A DNA stretch of 64,000 nucleotides from Candidatus Buchananbacteria bacterium CG10_big_fil_rev_8_21_14_0_10_33_19 (GCA_002773855.1 PEZY01000012.1:4255-68254), one strand, 5' to 3'; counted from the stretch's first letter, positions 55,901 to 63,526 are shown. The notes: generated from the sequence alone by a model not told the origin. Translations and numbers: made by a program.

Positions 55901-57009
55901 TAACTTCTCTATCTCAGACTATGAATCCAACAAGTATAACATCTTATGATTGTCAATGTGGTTTTTTTGGCTGTGACACTTGTAATGAAACTTGTCGGCT
56001 AACTGATTGGGGTAATAACAGTAGATATCCTGTAGATATTGGTAATACAAATTTAAGTTTTTGTAATCCAAAGGCATTTTTTAATGGTAGTAGTGGTGAT
56101 GGTTGTTGGTTTGCATCATCTAGCTATGATGCTTGTCAAGCTCCGCCAGGTAATAATTTGCAATCATACTTAAAAAATTCAGTAGCTAATTTGTTTAATG
56201 GTGTATCTAGTTATCCTATTTCAGTGTTAAAGATTGGTTTAGTCGAGTTTAGTGACGTAGCTTCTAATTCTAGTATTGTTACGAGTAATAATTTAGGCAC
56301 GTTAAATAATAGAATTAATAATTATATAACTATGGATGCGTCTCGCACTGATTTGGGTATTAAAAAGGCCAGAGAAATGTTGGCTGGTAGTTCAGCTGAT
56401 AATAAGATTATTGTTTTATTGAGTAATGGTAATACTGATAATGCCACAGCAACTTTAAATGAGGCTAATACGGCTAAAAACACTACCAATAAAATAAAAA
56501 TTTATTCAGTGGCTTTTGGTGCTTCCAATGTAGGAAATATGAATAGTTGGTCGTCTAATAATGGTCAATATCAATGTAATTATGACTATTGTTTTCAGTC
56601 TACTGATACTAATACTAGTATTATTTCTGATATCTTAGGTAACCTTAAATTAAATGCGACTTTGAGTATTGGCGGACAAGATACGAGTTATACTCTTGAT
56701 TATTCAGACGGTGGTACAGCGATTTATAGTAACCAGATTATGAAATTACCAAGTAATATTTGTACTTCTGATAATAAAACCGTTGCCATTAGTGGTTTAA
56801 AAGCTGGTAACACTATTACTTTCTCTAGTCCGACTTTTAACTATTGTCCATATCATCCACCAGTATCTGCTATTTTTACTAGCAATGAAATTGATGGTAA
56901 TGTAGCTGGAGCTTCTGATAACATACTTAATAACTCATTCAATAGATTCTTAAATTTAGGCAGTGATCTTAAAAAAATATTTATCAGTTTACTAAGTATG
57001 ATATTTTAA
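46999..57009 (+). CDS. giant surface protein (3336 aa): VirB2/TrbC-pilin-like N-terminal anchor followed by a multidomain extracellular region (IPT/TIG, LamG, Myxococcus-type Cys-rich repeats/DUF4215, TSP3 Ca-binding repeats, vWA); putative adhesin
   Basis: N-terminus RVAIVNIVRIILGFLGIVAVGIIMWGGYLWMTAGGDATKVDKAKKTLISAVIGLVIILSAFIIASFIINSL. IPT/TIG at about 48.0 kb (PFISSVSPDNGASGNYITIWGSNFG). LamG at about 50.85-51.5 kb (YYKLNGNTNDSSGN...MTVSAWVKP...IDEVKIYNSALS). Cys-rich repeats at about 51.9-52.3 kb (CGDNVVGPNEECDDGNANNGDGCTSSC, three copies). TSP3 at about 54.65-54.92 kb (DSDGDGIGDVCDNC; DKDGDTYGDACDTC). vWA at about 55.9-56.5 kb (VVFVTSLSQTM...IIVLLSNGNTDNA). Single uninterrupted ORF. 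Confidence 0.75.
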   Translation: MIFKKTIQKNILALLLMLMIFGVFGFFGVALAQDRFGLETATGVGLAQTDLRVAIVNIVRIILGFLGIVAVGIIMWGGYLWMTAGGDATKVDKAKKTLISAVIGLVIILSAFIIASFIINSLQGALCEGDNCPTATCPSPPCSPTCTTPPCTPGSSTQYTYINKFRDISIPWTRLIGSGFNGVVNIPNSETLEVGGYAKNLSGTISSMELFTAPLADIFVAQSVFIDVPADQEIVDNVFASWNTLAYTIGDQFKSRISALLSGGSTVESKEVKTIIKPLHCFNNVQDQGETGVDCGGDPDVLGDDYCGACGGGTCQNDSDCSSGVCLPEGVCAIAPFISSVSPDNGASGNYITIWGSNFGETPGSVMIVKDDAVIAFANINLNSQCLNGWNDTQIIFEVPDILLDNYEVVVENSIGLTSNSETFEINETQRPGICSVNPNFGINPDPITIIGNNFPSSPDGEIQWNFTPEVFSSSEVSWLSDTEASDVVPASGVGATSIRIYSGTEYSNYFNFVISHGEIGDPCGEPGAAVCSAENACSTGLSCDPNQDCTCQAIINACEPGFSRPCDIDGNTCAATEVCPTSGNWDDATCTQVDSTCTPGVTVAPATQSIFAWAFTYSNGYGFEPPQIVEDCSRVRDCFPNQKLPSPAPWYEGSNASEGWDPVIHPGLYIEDPKACVNATITARFTEVMDDQSVKDNITVLKCTEKEGTSCTKVNGEVAVYPTDAGDYFVFGSPTIVNQAAFESKFWYKVVVTKGVKSLVNVEMETNEQVVNNRFCNVAGIGDAVYCWNFKTRDDATYCDAGCPECNPDFKTLNYYFQTQQFNTELVSDDNVCLTIDPWAYTWDWSSEDDTKVQITNDGGNPQQTGTAYGENYNIAPYYTKVFAELTQNGNNDYCRVITDFTNPVVIENSYCSPGIIQSPTPWINSKDACRNALIAAKFSRDMNDPSLTLNTVTGLKEGNNGNNGNIIVEQCDSSDEFEGAFTSCKSIKITDSSNLTIFTYSHNVDVQGLLTGDNSFGDGLAEGFVIDVTSKDLEGKKAANGYLADNTWYRVIILGGPNGVGGADNTGDGIPDGILLTDNSIISTVKAGWDYNGDGFDDYYWVFKTSNQICDVNSIQVTPAENFLEFTDQTSKYNAFPQAANCNLLARCLLNWTWKSLIELGDNTESGDPIASITKLANQAGVCGGFDDGIVDPVQTATAKLDGETNIVANEPGGKSGSGHLQVGYGQLAVIKYNPSNLVHFEERNIDTYFNIDAKTNSVRLNNVVNHNVNLYKCTNALAYYKLNGNTNDSSGNKYNGDNKSTSFVSGYLNEAARFNGAAGRYIQLNNPALKIAGAMTVSAWVKPMAPAQGVGQVIISSYYGGDHPENQRGWTLGQISGCNLANPNCDSVTDRIYFSVNDSNGNNTLAPVPNFFATYQDQWVHVTGVFKPGVSVAIYINGKLVSSKSTTISTIGYQPDIFTRIGYMADRDNQGMWIGLIDEVKIYNSALSDVDVSRMYSANNECPVYDLVAKTLEPVLPAPGNNPELSKKLAVKYNANYQVGAEYRMILKGGPNGLIAWNDTELSRLNFNSTGEGGGEECEPGIYPWNDATNICTNSCLLNSSFNLCTLDNGRFAECKEGSDYCSGTCHNEGNNNADSCGDNVVGPNEECDDGNANNGDGCTSSCLWEGADDSWGSICGNAVIEYGESCDDGNAGNCEANCLKKSNISTGSQSNVPVCGNGIKEQGEDCDDSNKTSGDGCSNKCLLEGFSSAYGSTCNNDLVETGQADSFSWTFTAVNDPSVNINMNNCSNGIWQVEVKRGNITADDIYICKRNPAVAFSENNVWGKIIAKIKLVIAKVFGSSQALAGSGDGCGAGYELVTQNTTNFEERLEYMNQDSHIYAYIKNGYWDIDAKYKINVYEGAYDPITNNTSKASSEVTIKEYCVLDDVRVEIWPRGEVSSNDNFFCIGDDCGSSTTNLYDDDISSATNNDAPDPNYDFPYLKVNGANKTDPNLGGNQHLYMAWGVNEFGYLIKAEGGFNWSLANLPIFDLAVTSYDGTSYTGDQWLSLKGYKATGEIDGRDVVTVSATQSGVNPTPVIESKDIDVRVFLCNNPWPAPENFPYQDSLNNCTNGNCPNTNFEIYYCRDNGVVGEAEDLAALDTSTIVYDANPFKKEFLLQRDDNNDAVGIRVVANNNHYSPLAWYQENFDQERQGNSRSIKVNGYEAIAEGRTIYVNAVNVENTISSPKSLYSQIYVMSYNDGADNNTKNIYDQMAKFMKFNVGTSLEGGLSDVGVCKDNSSYNCINDSDCQAVNAGVCLSPKGSATRDIKRLSDLQDINLLLDEYHSQKRCSNDKFTTCYSNAQCYGGGTCGNYYPDLPAGTYISARSFSVWPSWQATLGNVLGSALPVDPLNNGASTDYFAVDGYGFNGCSEPYDSITCWDDVNKKMQCPNTAQAYAYFSNNNGNNKGVYAFAEFPKSGSGSAIWLPINWDNVRFFGNQDGNNTNDNNPFSFTVSNTCEVYSSSCGNGTIQAGENCHSCPFDVSCGAGTSCREASGSWSCTPDSTVIDSDGDSIINNNDNCPFIANTNQVDSDGDGIGDVCDNCFSIKNGSTNSTATCLDKNNNGNLSVAEKAVCNQADKDGDTYGDACDTCPADYNQDQSVKPCVLAGCGDDVIQAGEFCDELENPPTDAGTCNATCSAATFCGDGVIQSLNGYGDLETCDDGNSFNGDGCSKTCTIEAGWECSGTPSSCNVPFCGDGIKQASETCDCGDAPGPLGAPSNCGNSGQTYTTHNIPPKANLDTYFNPFWNITSVSKNYCSSSCKNMSIDLLYCGDSEWKQSQEECEKNGAGDGSFGWGLATGADNQWSCSTTCTDTGGWCGDGTVQTAKEQCDPSDSGINNIYNSLCQTDGVNKCKWEACPPYITNQAVNFESPTGGALVAGNSVKFTDNGQTVNIVFPNCSLVENNQLNTTVTVVGEVPTTDVVFVTSLSQTMNPTSITSYDCQCGFFGCDTCNETCRLTDWGNNSRYPVDIGNTNLSFCNPKAFFNGSSGDGCWFASSSYDACQAPPGNNLQSYLKNSVANLFNGVSSYPISVLKIGLVEFSDVASNSSIVTSNNLGTLNNRINNYITMDASRTDLGIKKAREMLAGSSADNKIIVLLSNGNTDNATATLNEANTAKNTTNKIKIYSVAFGASNVGNMNSWSSNNGQYQCNYDYCFQSTDTNTSIISDILGNLKLNATLSIGGQDTSYTLDYSDGGTAIYSNQIMKLPSNICTSDNKTVAISGLKAGNTITFSSPTFNYCPYHPPVSAIFTSNEIDGNVAGASDNILNNSFNRFLNLGSDLKKIFISLLSMIF

Positions 57010-57065
57010 ATGTAAATATATCAAAAATATTGTATAATGTAATTAATATATATTTAATCAAAATT

Positions 57066-57818
57066 ATGTTTGACCAAAATCCCAATAAACCATCTGGACA
57101 AATGTCCAATTCAACTCAAAGACAATCTCCGCCGCCACCAGGTTTGCCAGCAGAGCCAAAATCAGTTCCTCAGCCACCACCAGTGGAGGATATATTTTCT
57201 AAAACAGAAAATTTCTCACAGGCTCAAATTACTAGACCAATGCAACCGGGTCAGGCGACTCAAATGCAAGTTTCAGGTGATATGTACGGCGGTAAATCTA
57301 TTTGGGATAATAAAATTTTGTTAGTACTACTAATAGTTATTGGTTTGGCTGTAATTGGTGGTGTAGTATTTGCGGCAATTATGTTTTTTAGTAACCAAAG
57401 TTCTACACCAAATACCAATATAGATGATAATATGACAACCAATATTAACACTAATGATAATGTCAATAGCGTTAATAACAATACTAATGACAACACTAAT
57501 ACAGAAGTTAATACTAATACCGAAGTTAATATTAATGCTGAAATTAATACTAATACTGAAGTCAACACTAATACAGTTGTTGGTAAAGACAGTGATAACG
57601 ATGGCTTAAGTGATGAAGAGGAAAAACAATTAAGTACTAATCCTAATAATTTTGATACTGATGGTGATGGTTTGATTGATAGAGTAGAGGTGCGGATATA
57701 CCATACTGATCCACTTAAGAAAGATACTGATGGTGATGGTTATAATGATGGTGATGAAGTGGTAAATGGTTTTGATCCAGCTTTAGGTGGTGGCGCCAGG
57801 TTATTTGATGTGCCTTAA
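57066..57818 (+). CDS. membrane protein with Pro-rich N-terminus, one TM, N/T-rich tandem repeats and TSP3-type Ca-binding repeats
   Basis: Preferred start at Met 57066 (MFDQNPNKP) rather than the track's 57030. TM ILLVLLIVIGLAVIGGVVFAAIMFF. Six-residue repeats NTNTEV/NINAEI (18-nt DNA period). DSDNDGLSDEEE, DTDGDGLIDRVE and DTDGDGYNDGDE motifs. Confidence 0.5.
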   Translation: MFDQNPNKPSGQMSNSTQRQSPPPPGLPAEPKSVPQPPPVEDIFSKTENFSQAQITRPMQPGQATQMQVSGDMYGGKSIWDNKILLVLLIVIGLAVIGGVVFAAIMFFSNQSSTPNTNIDDNMTTNINTNDNVNSVNNNTNDNTNTEVNTNTEVNINAEINTNTEVNTNTVVGKDSDNDGLSDEEEKQLSTNPNNFDTDGDGLIDRVEVRIYHTDPLKKDTDGDGYNDGDEVVNGFDPALGGGARLFDVP

Positions 57819-57844
57819 TTTATAATTATAAATATATAAGTATT

Positions 57845-58915
57845 ATGTTTGGTTCTAAAAAAAATAATATTACACCGCTTAAAGATGTTATGCCAGCTTC
57901 CTCCGAAGACGTTTATGTTATGCCAGAGAAATTTCATTCACAGAGGTCAGGCGGTTCTTCTGATAAAACTTTAATGATCGTGATTATTATCTTGGTGTTG
58001 ATAATGACTGCCATTGGTTCTTATTTTATTTATAATAGTTGGCAAAAAAATCAAAACCAAACCAATCAAAACATCAATCAAAATATTGCCATTGTTAATC
58101 AAAATGTTAACGATAATCAAAATATTAATGGTTCCAGAAATTTTAATAGTAATGAAAACATTAATGTAAATGGCAATGAAAATGTTAATAGTAATTTAAA
58201 TGCTAATTCTGATGGTAGTGATAATCAAAATAGCACTAGCACCGCTCCAGTTATTAATGAATTAGTGCCACCAGCTATAAGTGGTGATGCTGATAAGGAC
58301 GGCTTAACTGATTTAGAAGAGTCACTAATTGGTACTTCAGCTAGTTCACCCGATTCAGATTTAGATGGTTATTTAGATAGTGATGAATTAATTGGTGGCT
58401 ACAATCCTATTATTAATCCTAATAGTGGTAGTCTTATTAAATTAATTGATGCCAGTTTTGTAAGTAAATTAATGACAGATTTTCCAACTAATAATTTTAA
58501 AACACTTTACATTAAGGGCTGGTCCGTAAGTATGATTGAAGCTTTACATGAGGCTAGAATTATTACGGGCACTGGCGAGATGATTAAAATATCTGTAATT
58601 AACAATGCAGATCAAGTCTCAGCCGCTAATTGGTATTTGCTTGGTCATCCTCAGATTACTTTAAGTCAATTGGGCAATTTGGAATTTGGTAACTTCAAGG
58701 GTATTAGAGCACCGAATGGCTTGGCAGTGTATTTAACCGATCAAAAACGCGAGAAGATATATGTTATAGAATATGATTTAGATACGTCAACAGAGTTTAG
58801 ATACCCATCTATTTTTGAAATGGTAATTAGAAATTTTGATTTAATTGGTGAGTCAATAAAGGTAATTGATGATACTACTAATAATAATTCAGCTTCGACT
58901 TCACCAGTGCTGTAA
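57845..58915 (+). CDS. membrane protein with N/Q-rich low-complexity region, TSP3-type repeats and C-terminal globular domain (paralogous architecture to 18209 and 57066)
   Basis: 356 aa. TM LMIVIIILVLIMTAIGSYFIY, a NQNQTNQNINQNIAIVNQNVNDNQNIN stretch, and DADKDGLTDLEE / DSDLDGYLDSDE motifs. Confidence 0.5.
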   Translation: MFGSKKNNITPLKDVMPASSEDVYVMPEKFHSQRSGGSSDKTLMIVIIILVLIMTAIGSYFIYNSWQKNQNQTNQNINQNIAIVNQNVNDNQNINGSRNFNSNENINVNGNENVNSNLNANSDGSDNQNSTSTAPVINELVPPAISGDADKDGLTDLEESLIGTSASSPDSDLDGYLDSDELIGGYNPIINPNSGSLIKLIDASFVSKLMTDFPTNNFKTLYIKGWSVSMIEALHEARIITGTGEMIKISVINNADQVSAANWYLLGHPQITLSQLGNLEFGNFKGIRAPNGLAVYLTDQKREKIYVIEYDLDTSTEFRYPSIFEMVIRNFDLIGESIKVIDDTTNNNSASTSPVL

Positions 58916-58923
58916 GTTATACT

Positions 58924-59412
58924 ATGTTATCATTTGAAATCAATAAACAAACTAGCATTATCATTTCTGGTGAATGGTTAAAGAAAATAGCTGATACTTT
59001 TTATCGAGAAAATAAGTTAAGGGGCCATTGGTATTTTTCGTTAGCTTTTGTTGATGATAAAACTATCAAGAAACTTAACAAAACTTATCGTGGTAAAAAT
59101 AAGGTCACTGATGTTTTAAGCTTTGAAGACAATTTTGAAAATTTTATTGACCTCTCTTCAAAAGAAAAATATTTGGGAGAAATTGTAATTTGCGTGCCTC
59201 AAGCCAAAAGGCAGGCTAAAGATGTGGGGTGTAGCTTAAATAATGAGGTGACTAGATTATTGATCCACGGTTTAGCTCATATATCTGGTTATGATCATGA
59301 GAATGTTAGTAAAATTGAAGCTGATAAAATGCTTAGATTAGAAAAGAAAATATTAATTAAATTAAAATTGTGGGATGTATTTAAATTTGAAGAGGAGCAG
59401 ATTGATGATTAA
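58924..59412 (+). CDS. ybeY: rRNA maturation endoribonuclease YbeY
   Basis: 162 aa. The zinc-binding H3xH5xH motif reads HGLAHISGYDH. Confidence 0.85.
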   Translation: MLSFEINKQTSIIISGEWLKKIADTFYRENKLRGHWYFSLAFVDDKTIKKLNKTYRGKNKVTDVLSFEDNFENFIDLSSKEKYLGEIVICVPQAKRQAKDVGCSLNNEVTRLLIHGLAHISGYDHENVSKIEADKMLRLEKKILIKLKLWDVFKFEEEQIDD

Positions 59413-59534
59413 TTTGATGCTGAACACATTTTTTATTCGATTGTTCACTTATTAACATTTGAGGTGAACACTTTTTTTTACTATAATTAAGGTAGCTTGA
59501 AATTAGTCACTGATTTCTAGTTTAATATAAACCC

Positions 59535-60785
59535 ATGCCTAGAGATAACTTAATAACTGGTTTAGATATTGGCTCGACTGCTATACGTATTGTGGTTGGT
59601 CAAAAATCTAAAGGAGAAGAAAAATTAAAAATCATTGGAGCTATAGAAGTACCTGCTCAAGGTATTAGCAAAGGTGTTGTAACTAGCGTGGAGGACGCCG
59701 TGTCTTCTATTTCTTCGTCATTAGAAAAAGTTGAACGTATGATTGGTCAACCAATAGAACACGCTTGGGTGGGTATTTCCGGTAGCCATATTATTGATCA
59801 GGAAAGTAAAGGTGTAGTCGCTGTGTCTAAAGCTGATGGTGAAATCAGAGAAGAAGATGTTGAACGTGTAGTTGAGGCAGCTAAGGCTATTGCGACACCG
59901 CCTAATTATGAAATTCTTCATGTCATTCCTAAAAGCTTTACTGTTGATTCTCAAACCGGTATTAAAGACCCCATTGGCATGAATGGCATTCGATTGGAAG
60001 TAGAAACCCAAATTATTCAAGGGTTGATTTCTCAGATTAAAAATTTAACTAAGTGCATTTATAGAACTGGCATTGATATTGATGATCTAGTTCTTTCTAT
60101 TTTAGCTACTTCGGAAAGTGTTTTAACTAATCGCCAAAAAGAATTAGGAGTTGTGGTAGTTAATTTAGGTGGCGCCACTTCTAGTATGGCAGTTTTTGAA
60201 GAGAACGATGTTTTGCATACAGCGGTTTTACCAGTTGGTTCTGATTATGTGACCAACGATATTGCTTTGGGTTTGAAGATTTCTATTGATACTGCTGAGA
60301 AAATAAAAATTAGAGAAGGTAGTTGTTCTCCAAAGGAATTCAGGAAAAATGATTATATTAAATATTCAGAATTAGGGGCTATTGAAGACGGAGAATTTAG
60401 TCAAAAAGAAGTAGCGGAAATTATTGAAGCCAGAATTGAAGAGATTATGGAAAGTGTTGATAAGGAATTAAAAAAGATAGGCAAGTCTGGTATGTTACCA
60501 GCTGGCGTAGTGTTGACTGGTGGTGGAGCTAAATTAGATGGTATTGTGGAAGTGGCTAAAAATGTTTTAAGATTGCCTGCTTCTCTAGGTCAGCCACAGG
60601 AGCTAGTATCTAATATTGGAAAAGTTAGTGATTTGTCATTTACTACGGCTATTGGGTTGGTATTGTGGGGTAGTCAATTACAAGATCGTGGACGACGCGG
60701 TGGTAAAATACCATCACAAATCGGTGGTAGTATAAATAATGTTACAAATCAAATGAAGAAGTGGTTTAGAAATATACTACCATAA
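59535..60785 (+). CDS. ftsA: cell division protein FtsA (actin-like ATPase)
   Basis: 416 aa. The protein starts LITGLDIGSTAIRIVVGQ... (phosphate 1). It has VVVNLGGATSSMAVF and a VLTGGGAKLDGI adenosine motif. It lies immediately upstream of ftsZ. Confidence 0.9.
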   Translation: MPRDNLITGLDIGSTAIRIVVGQKSKGEEKLKIIGAIEVPAQGISKGVVTSVEDAVSSISSSLEKVERMIGQPIEHAWVGISGSHIIDQESKGVVAVSKADGEIREEDVERVVEAAKAIATPPNYEILHVIPKSFTVDSQTGIKDPIGMNGIRLEVETQIIQGLISQIKNLTKCIYRTGIDIDDLVLSILATSESVLTNRQKELGVVVVNLGGATSSMAVFEENDVLHTAVLPVGSDYVTNDIALGLKISIDTAEKIKIREGSCSPKEFRKNDYIKYSELGAIEDGEFSQKEVAEIIEARIEEIMESVDKELKKIGKSGMLPAGVVLTGGGAKLDGIVEVAKNVLRLPASLGQPQELVSNIGKVSDLSFTTAIGLVLWGSQLQDRGRRGGKIPSQIGGSINNVTNQMKKWFRNILP

Positions 60786-60809
60786 TAAATATTAATTACT
60801 GTAAAATAT

Positions 60810-62003
60810 ATGCCAGAAGTAAGACTGGAAGTAGAACCATTTGCTAAAATTAAAGTTGTCGGAGTTGGTGGATCAGGTGGATCCGCTGTTAACCGTATGA
60901 TCGCCTCTAAAATAAAAGGGGTTGAGTTTATTGCTGTTAATACTGATATTCAAGCTTTGCATCATAATGATGCTAAACACAAGCTTCATATTGGCGAAGC
61001 AACTACCAAAGGTCTAGGCGCCGGAATGGATCCTAATGTTGGTTTTCAGGCTGCTCAAGAAAGTATTAATGAACTGCGGGAGATTCTAAAGGGTGCTGAC
61101 ATGGTATTTATTACTTGTGGCTTGGGCGGTGGTACTGGTACTGGTGCTTCACCAGTGGTCGCTCAAATTGCCAAAGAAATTGGCGCTTTGGTCATTGCCG
61201 TTGTTACTAAACCTTTTGCTTTTGAAGGAGCTAAAAGAAAAGAAATAGCGGAAAATGGCTATAAAGAATTAGAATCTAGAGTTGATACGATTATTACTAT
61301 TCCTAATGATAAAATTTTACAGATAATTGATAAAAAAACATCTTTACTTGATGCCTTTAAAACAGTTGATGATGTATTACGTCAAGGTATTCAGGGAATT
61401 TCTGAGGCGATTACTATTCCCGGTATTATTAATGTAGACTTTGCTGACGTTAAGGCAATTATGAATAACGCTGGCTCATCTTTAATGGGTATTGGTGAGG
61501 CCACTGGCGAAAATAGAGCTATCTCGGCTGCTAAAAAAGCCATATCTTCTCCGCTACTAGATATTTCTATTGATGGGGCTAGAGGTGTGATGTTTATTTT
61601 GACTGGTGGATCTAATTTAACTATGAATGAGGTCAATGATGTTGGTAATATCATAGCCGAAAGTGTTGATGCTAATGCGAAGATAATTTTTGGCACAGTG
61701 ATTGATGAGAATATGAAAGATAAAGTTAGGGTAACAGTAGTGGCTACTGGTTTTGATGATAATCGTCAGTCACAACCAATGTCTAGATCCACAACTTCTT
61801 TAGAAGAGCCAAAATATCATGTTAATAGACTTTTTTCTAAAAAGAATATCGATGATCGTATAGAAGAAGTCAAAAAAACCATTGAATCACCAAAAGAAGA
61901 AATTATTAAGCCAGCGACCATAGAATCAAAGCCATTTAAGCGAGTAGTGCCAGAAGAAGATGATTTGGAAATTCCCGCTTTTATTAGAAGAAAAATGAAA
62001 TAA
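60810..62003 (+). CDS. ftsZ: cell division GTPase FtsZ
   Basis: 397 aa. Tubulin signature GGGTGTGASPVVA, a T7 loop (NVDFADV), and a C-terminal conserved peptide DDLEIPAFIRRK. Confidence 0.95.
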   Translation: MPEVRLEVEPFAKIKVVGVGGSGGSAVNRMIASKIKGVEFIAVNTDIQALHHNDAKHKLHIGEATTKGLGAGMDPNVGFQAAQESINELREILKGADMVFITCGLGGGTGTGASPVVAQIAKEIGALVIAVVTKPFAFEGAKRKEIAENGYKELESRVDTIITIPNDKILQIIDKKTSLLDAFKTVDDVLRQGIQGISEAITIPGIINVDFADVKAIMNNAGSSLMGIGEATGENRAISAAKKAISSPLLDISIDGARGVMFILTGGSNLTMNEVNDVGNIIAESVDANAKIIFGTVIDENMKDKVRVTVVATGFDDNRQSQPMSRSTTSLEEPKYHVNRLFSKKNIDDRIEEVKKTIESPKEEIIKPATIESKPFKRVVPEEDDLEIPAFIRRKMK

Positions 62004-62101
62004 AATTATTTTATAATTCACCTCCGCTAGTGGAGGTGTTTTTGGTTTAGGCTTAATTAAAGCAAATGTGTTATAATAATTACAAATAATATTTTAAAAA
62101 T

Positions 62102-62407
62102 ATGGAAGAAGAATTTAATAGTTTAGATAAAAATAGTGTCAATAATAAATCGAGTATAGAAGATTTATTACGCGAAAATATCAGATATAACCGAGCAATT
62201 TTTTCTGATATGCAAAAAATTAAGCGTCATATGATGTGGCGAACAATCTTTAATGTTATTTGGTTGATATTGTTTGTCGCCCCACTTATTGTGGCCGCTA
62301 TTTGGTTGCCGTCATTTATTTCTGATTTTACTGCTCAGTTTCAGGGTTTCACTGGTAATAGTTCTAATACAATAGATCTCTTACAGCAATTACAGCAACT
62401 TAAATAA
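62102..62407 (+). CDS. hypothetical small membrane protein
   Basis: 101 aa with one TM (IFNVIWLILFVAPLIVAAIWL). No motif. Confidence 0.35.
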   Translation: MEEEFNSLDKNSVNNKSSIEDLLRENIRYNRAIFSDMQKIKRHMMWRTIFNVIWLILFVAPLIVAAIWLPSFISDFTAQFQGFTGNSSNTIDLLQQLQQLK

Positions 62408-62416
62408 GTCCAATAT

Positions 62417-63511
62417 ATGAAAGACGAAATAATAAAACTTAAGGAATTACAGGATTCTATTTTTGGCATTTGGCGTTTATTAAGTTTAGATAAACAAAAA
62501 GCAGAATTAATTGATTTGGAAATTAAAATATCAGCACCTGGCTTTTGGGATGATGTAGAAAATGCTAAAACTTTGTCCAAAAAATATGAAGATATTAAAT
62601 CAGAAATAGAAGCTTGGGGAAATTTAAAAAAAGAAGTTGATGAATTATTGTCTCTAGCAGAAATTACCAAAGACGCGGGTGAATTACAAGATGAAATAAC
62701 TTCCAAGTTAGAAAAATTAATAGAAAATTTTAAAAAATTAGAATTTTCTGTTTTGTTTTCTGGCGAGCATGATAAGGGTAGTGCTTTACTTTCTATTCAC
62801 GCTGGGACTGGTGGCGTGGATGCTCAGGATTGGTCTCAAATTTTACTACGAATGTATTTTCGGTTTTGTGAAAAACATAATTTTGCATTTAAAATAATTG
62901 ATCAGGTAGATGGTGCCGAAGCAGGCATTAAAAGTGTGGTTATAGAAGTAACCGGTCGTTACAGTTATGGCTGGTTAAAAAGTGAAAACGGGGTTCATCG
63001 GTTGGTGCGAATTTCGCCATTTGATGGTGAAGGTTTGCGTCACACCTCCTTTGCTTTGGTAGAAGTTTTACCAGAAATGGAAGATTCTATCAGTATAGAA
63101 ATTAAAGATGATGATTTAAGAATAGATGTGATGCGAGCTGGTGGTAATGGCGGTCAATCGGTTAATACGACTGATAGTGCTGTGCGAATTACTCACTTGC
63201 CAACAAATATAGTGGTTAAGTGTCAAACCGAACGCTCTCAATTACAAAACAAAAATAATGCTATGAAGATTTTAAAAGCTAAACTACTAAAGCATTATGA
63301 ATTAGAAGAAGAAAAAAGAATTCAGAGAATAAAAGGGGAGTACCAAAAAGCGGAGTGGGGCAACCAGGCTAGATCTTATGTGATGCAACCTTACAAATTA
63401 GTTAAAGATCATCGAACTGGTTATGAAACGCAAGAGGTGGATAAAGTTTTAGATGGTGATTTAAATGATTTTGTAGAGGAATACCTTAGGTCTCAGGTGC
63501 CACTGATATAA
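62417..63511 (+). CDS. prfB: peptide chain release factor 2, contiguous ORF (no programmed +1 frameshift site)
   Basis: 364 aa. SPF tripeptide in LVRISPFDGEG (RF2-type stop recognition), GGQ in GGNGGQSVNTTDSAVRITHLPT. The ORF runs uninterrupted from an N-terminus typical of RF2. Confidence 0.9.
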   Translation: MKDEIIKLKELQDSIFGIWRLLSLDKQKAELIDLEIKISAPGFWDDVENAKTLSKKYEDIKSEIEAWGNLKKEVDELLSLAEITKDAGELQDEITSKLEKLIENFKKLEFSVLFSGEHDKGSALLSIHAGTGGVDAQDWSQILLRMYFRFCEKHNFAFKIIDQVDGAEAGIKSVVIEVTGRYSYGWLKSENGVHRLVRISPFDGEGLRHTSFALVEVLPEMEDSISIEIKDDDLRIDVMRAGGNGGQSVNTTDSAVRITHLPTNIVVKCQTERSQLQNKNNAMKILKAKLLKHYELEEEKRIQRIKGEYQKAEWGNQARSYVMQPYKLVKDHRTGYETQEVDKVLDGDLNDFVEEYLRSQVPLI

Positions 63512-63526
63512 TTTATGATAAAATAT

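Noticed and set aside
57030-57065. ORF-track start at 57030 (MYNVINIYLIKI...) for the TSP3 membrane protein; similarly 35751 for the Cys-rich protein and 16523 for the kinase-like gene
   Set aside because: The extensions are AT-rich, hydrophobic or odd and lack SD sequences. Internal Met codons (57066, 35805, possibly 16607) give more plausible N-termini. Only the first two were re-coordinated; the kinase start is left as given because the evidence is weaker.
62417-63511. Programmed +1 frameshift in prfB
   Set aside because: The ORF is contiguous from a normal RF2 N-terminus through SPF and GGQ, and no internal in-frame stop or shifty CUU-UGA context is present.
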